Part shown: positions 63,725 through 64,000 of the stretch, in pieces
Layout of the letters: every line of letters starts with the position of its first letter
Position numbering within the stretch: position 1 is the first letter of the stretch
IMG/VR virus record: IMGVR_UViG_3300034117_001582
Span: 227,868-291,867 of that record
DNA: 64,000 nucleotides
Direction: 5' to 3' (one strand)
Translations under genes and position numbers: made by a program
Notes under the pieces: model-generated
The model's input: only the letters and a program-made list of their open reading frames with translations
The model's database searches: none
What the model was told of the DNA's origin: nothing

Positions 63725-64000
63725 TATTTCTCACCTATAAACTTAAGTGCCGATGTGCTTCCGGCCATGTTGAAGGTAAAAACTTCAGATGAGCAAGTTA
63801 TGTCATTTACCCTAATTTTTAATATACTACATAGTTTAAAGTCGTTAAGTATAGTACTTTCCATTAAGTTATTAACTATCCATATAATTGTTCTATCTTC
63901 AGAAACTTCCATAGGTTCAGAGTATTTCACATAAGAACCATTAACTAAAAAAGACAAGTCTACCGTTGGGTATTCATCACAAGTATATCCACCCTGAAGA
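63724..64000 (-). CDS. 3' part of a hypothetical protein (starts beyond window)
   Basis: Frame stays open to the window edge (LQGGYTCDEYPTVDLSFLVNG...). Confidence 0.7.
   Translation of the reverse strand, partial: LQGGYTCDEYPTVDLSFLVNGSYVKYSEPMEVSEDRTIIWIVNNLMESTILNDFKLCSILKIRVNDITCSSEVFTFNMAGSTSALKFIGEK

Noticed and set aside
1-64000. Stop-codon recoding (Lak- or crAss-like) or eukaryotic giant-virus origin
   Set aside because: Conserved enzymes are full length in the standard code, TAG and TGA act as stops at tight gene junctions, and Bacteroidota promoters, T9SS signals and lysozyme indicate a bacteriophage.

Overview
AT-rich, densely coding, almost entirely minus-strand segment of a large (jumbo, probably T4-like) bacteriophage genome. 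The host is most likely a Bacteroidota bacterium: TTTG-N18-20-TAnnTTTG promoters, T9SS C-terminal sorting domains, DUF2452. Standard genetic code; no tRNA, rRNA or CRISPR recognised. Headline: about 40 otherwise mostly unrelated genes share one of about five short N-terminal leader peptides (MxxIIRLTExDLxRIVKRVIxE; MNLQENIRRIxxMMxxxE; MRxLIRHILKEE; MKIIITESQY..LxE; M..ISEEEK..I). Most leaders end in [ILVM]-x-E, the T4 gp21-type prohead-protease site. Many of these genes sit in repeated cassettes of terminator hairpin + sense-strand RTATTTAT promoter-like motif + leader + cargo. Some are polyproteins whose modules are separated by the same x-x-E linker, and one contains a whole embedded leader. 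Recognisable cargoes: GH24 lysozyme-LysM, ADP-ribosyltransferase-like domain, HExxH zincins, PD-(D/E)xK nuclease, ParB-like domain, pterin dehydratase, flavodoxin. I infer a greatly expanded capsid-targeted, protease-matured injected-protein arsenal (hypothesis). Also present: a host-envelope cluster (T9SS cargoes, cohesin/dockerin-like, C-type lectin, CsgG-like, beta-barrel, secreted nuclease), a PlcP-like phosphoesterase + GT2 pair, an RNA-repair set under host-type promoters, a GIY-YIG homing endonuclease inserted at codon 3 of thioredoxin, candidate ncRNAs, a structured ORF-poor region (6.3-8.2 kb) and thyA. Family names come from motif recognition by eye, not from database searches.
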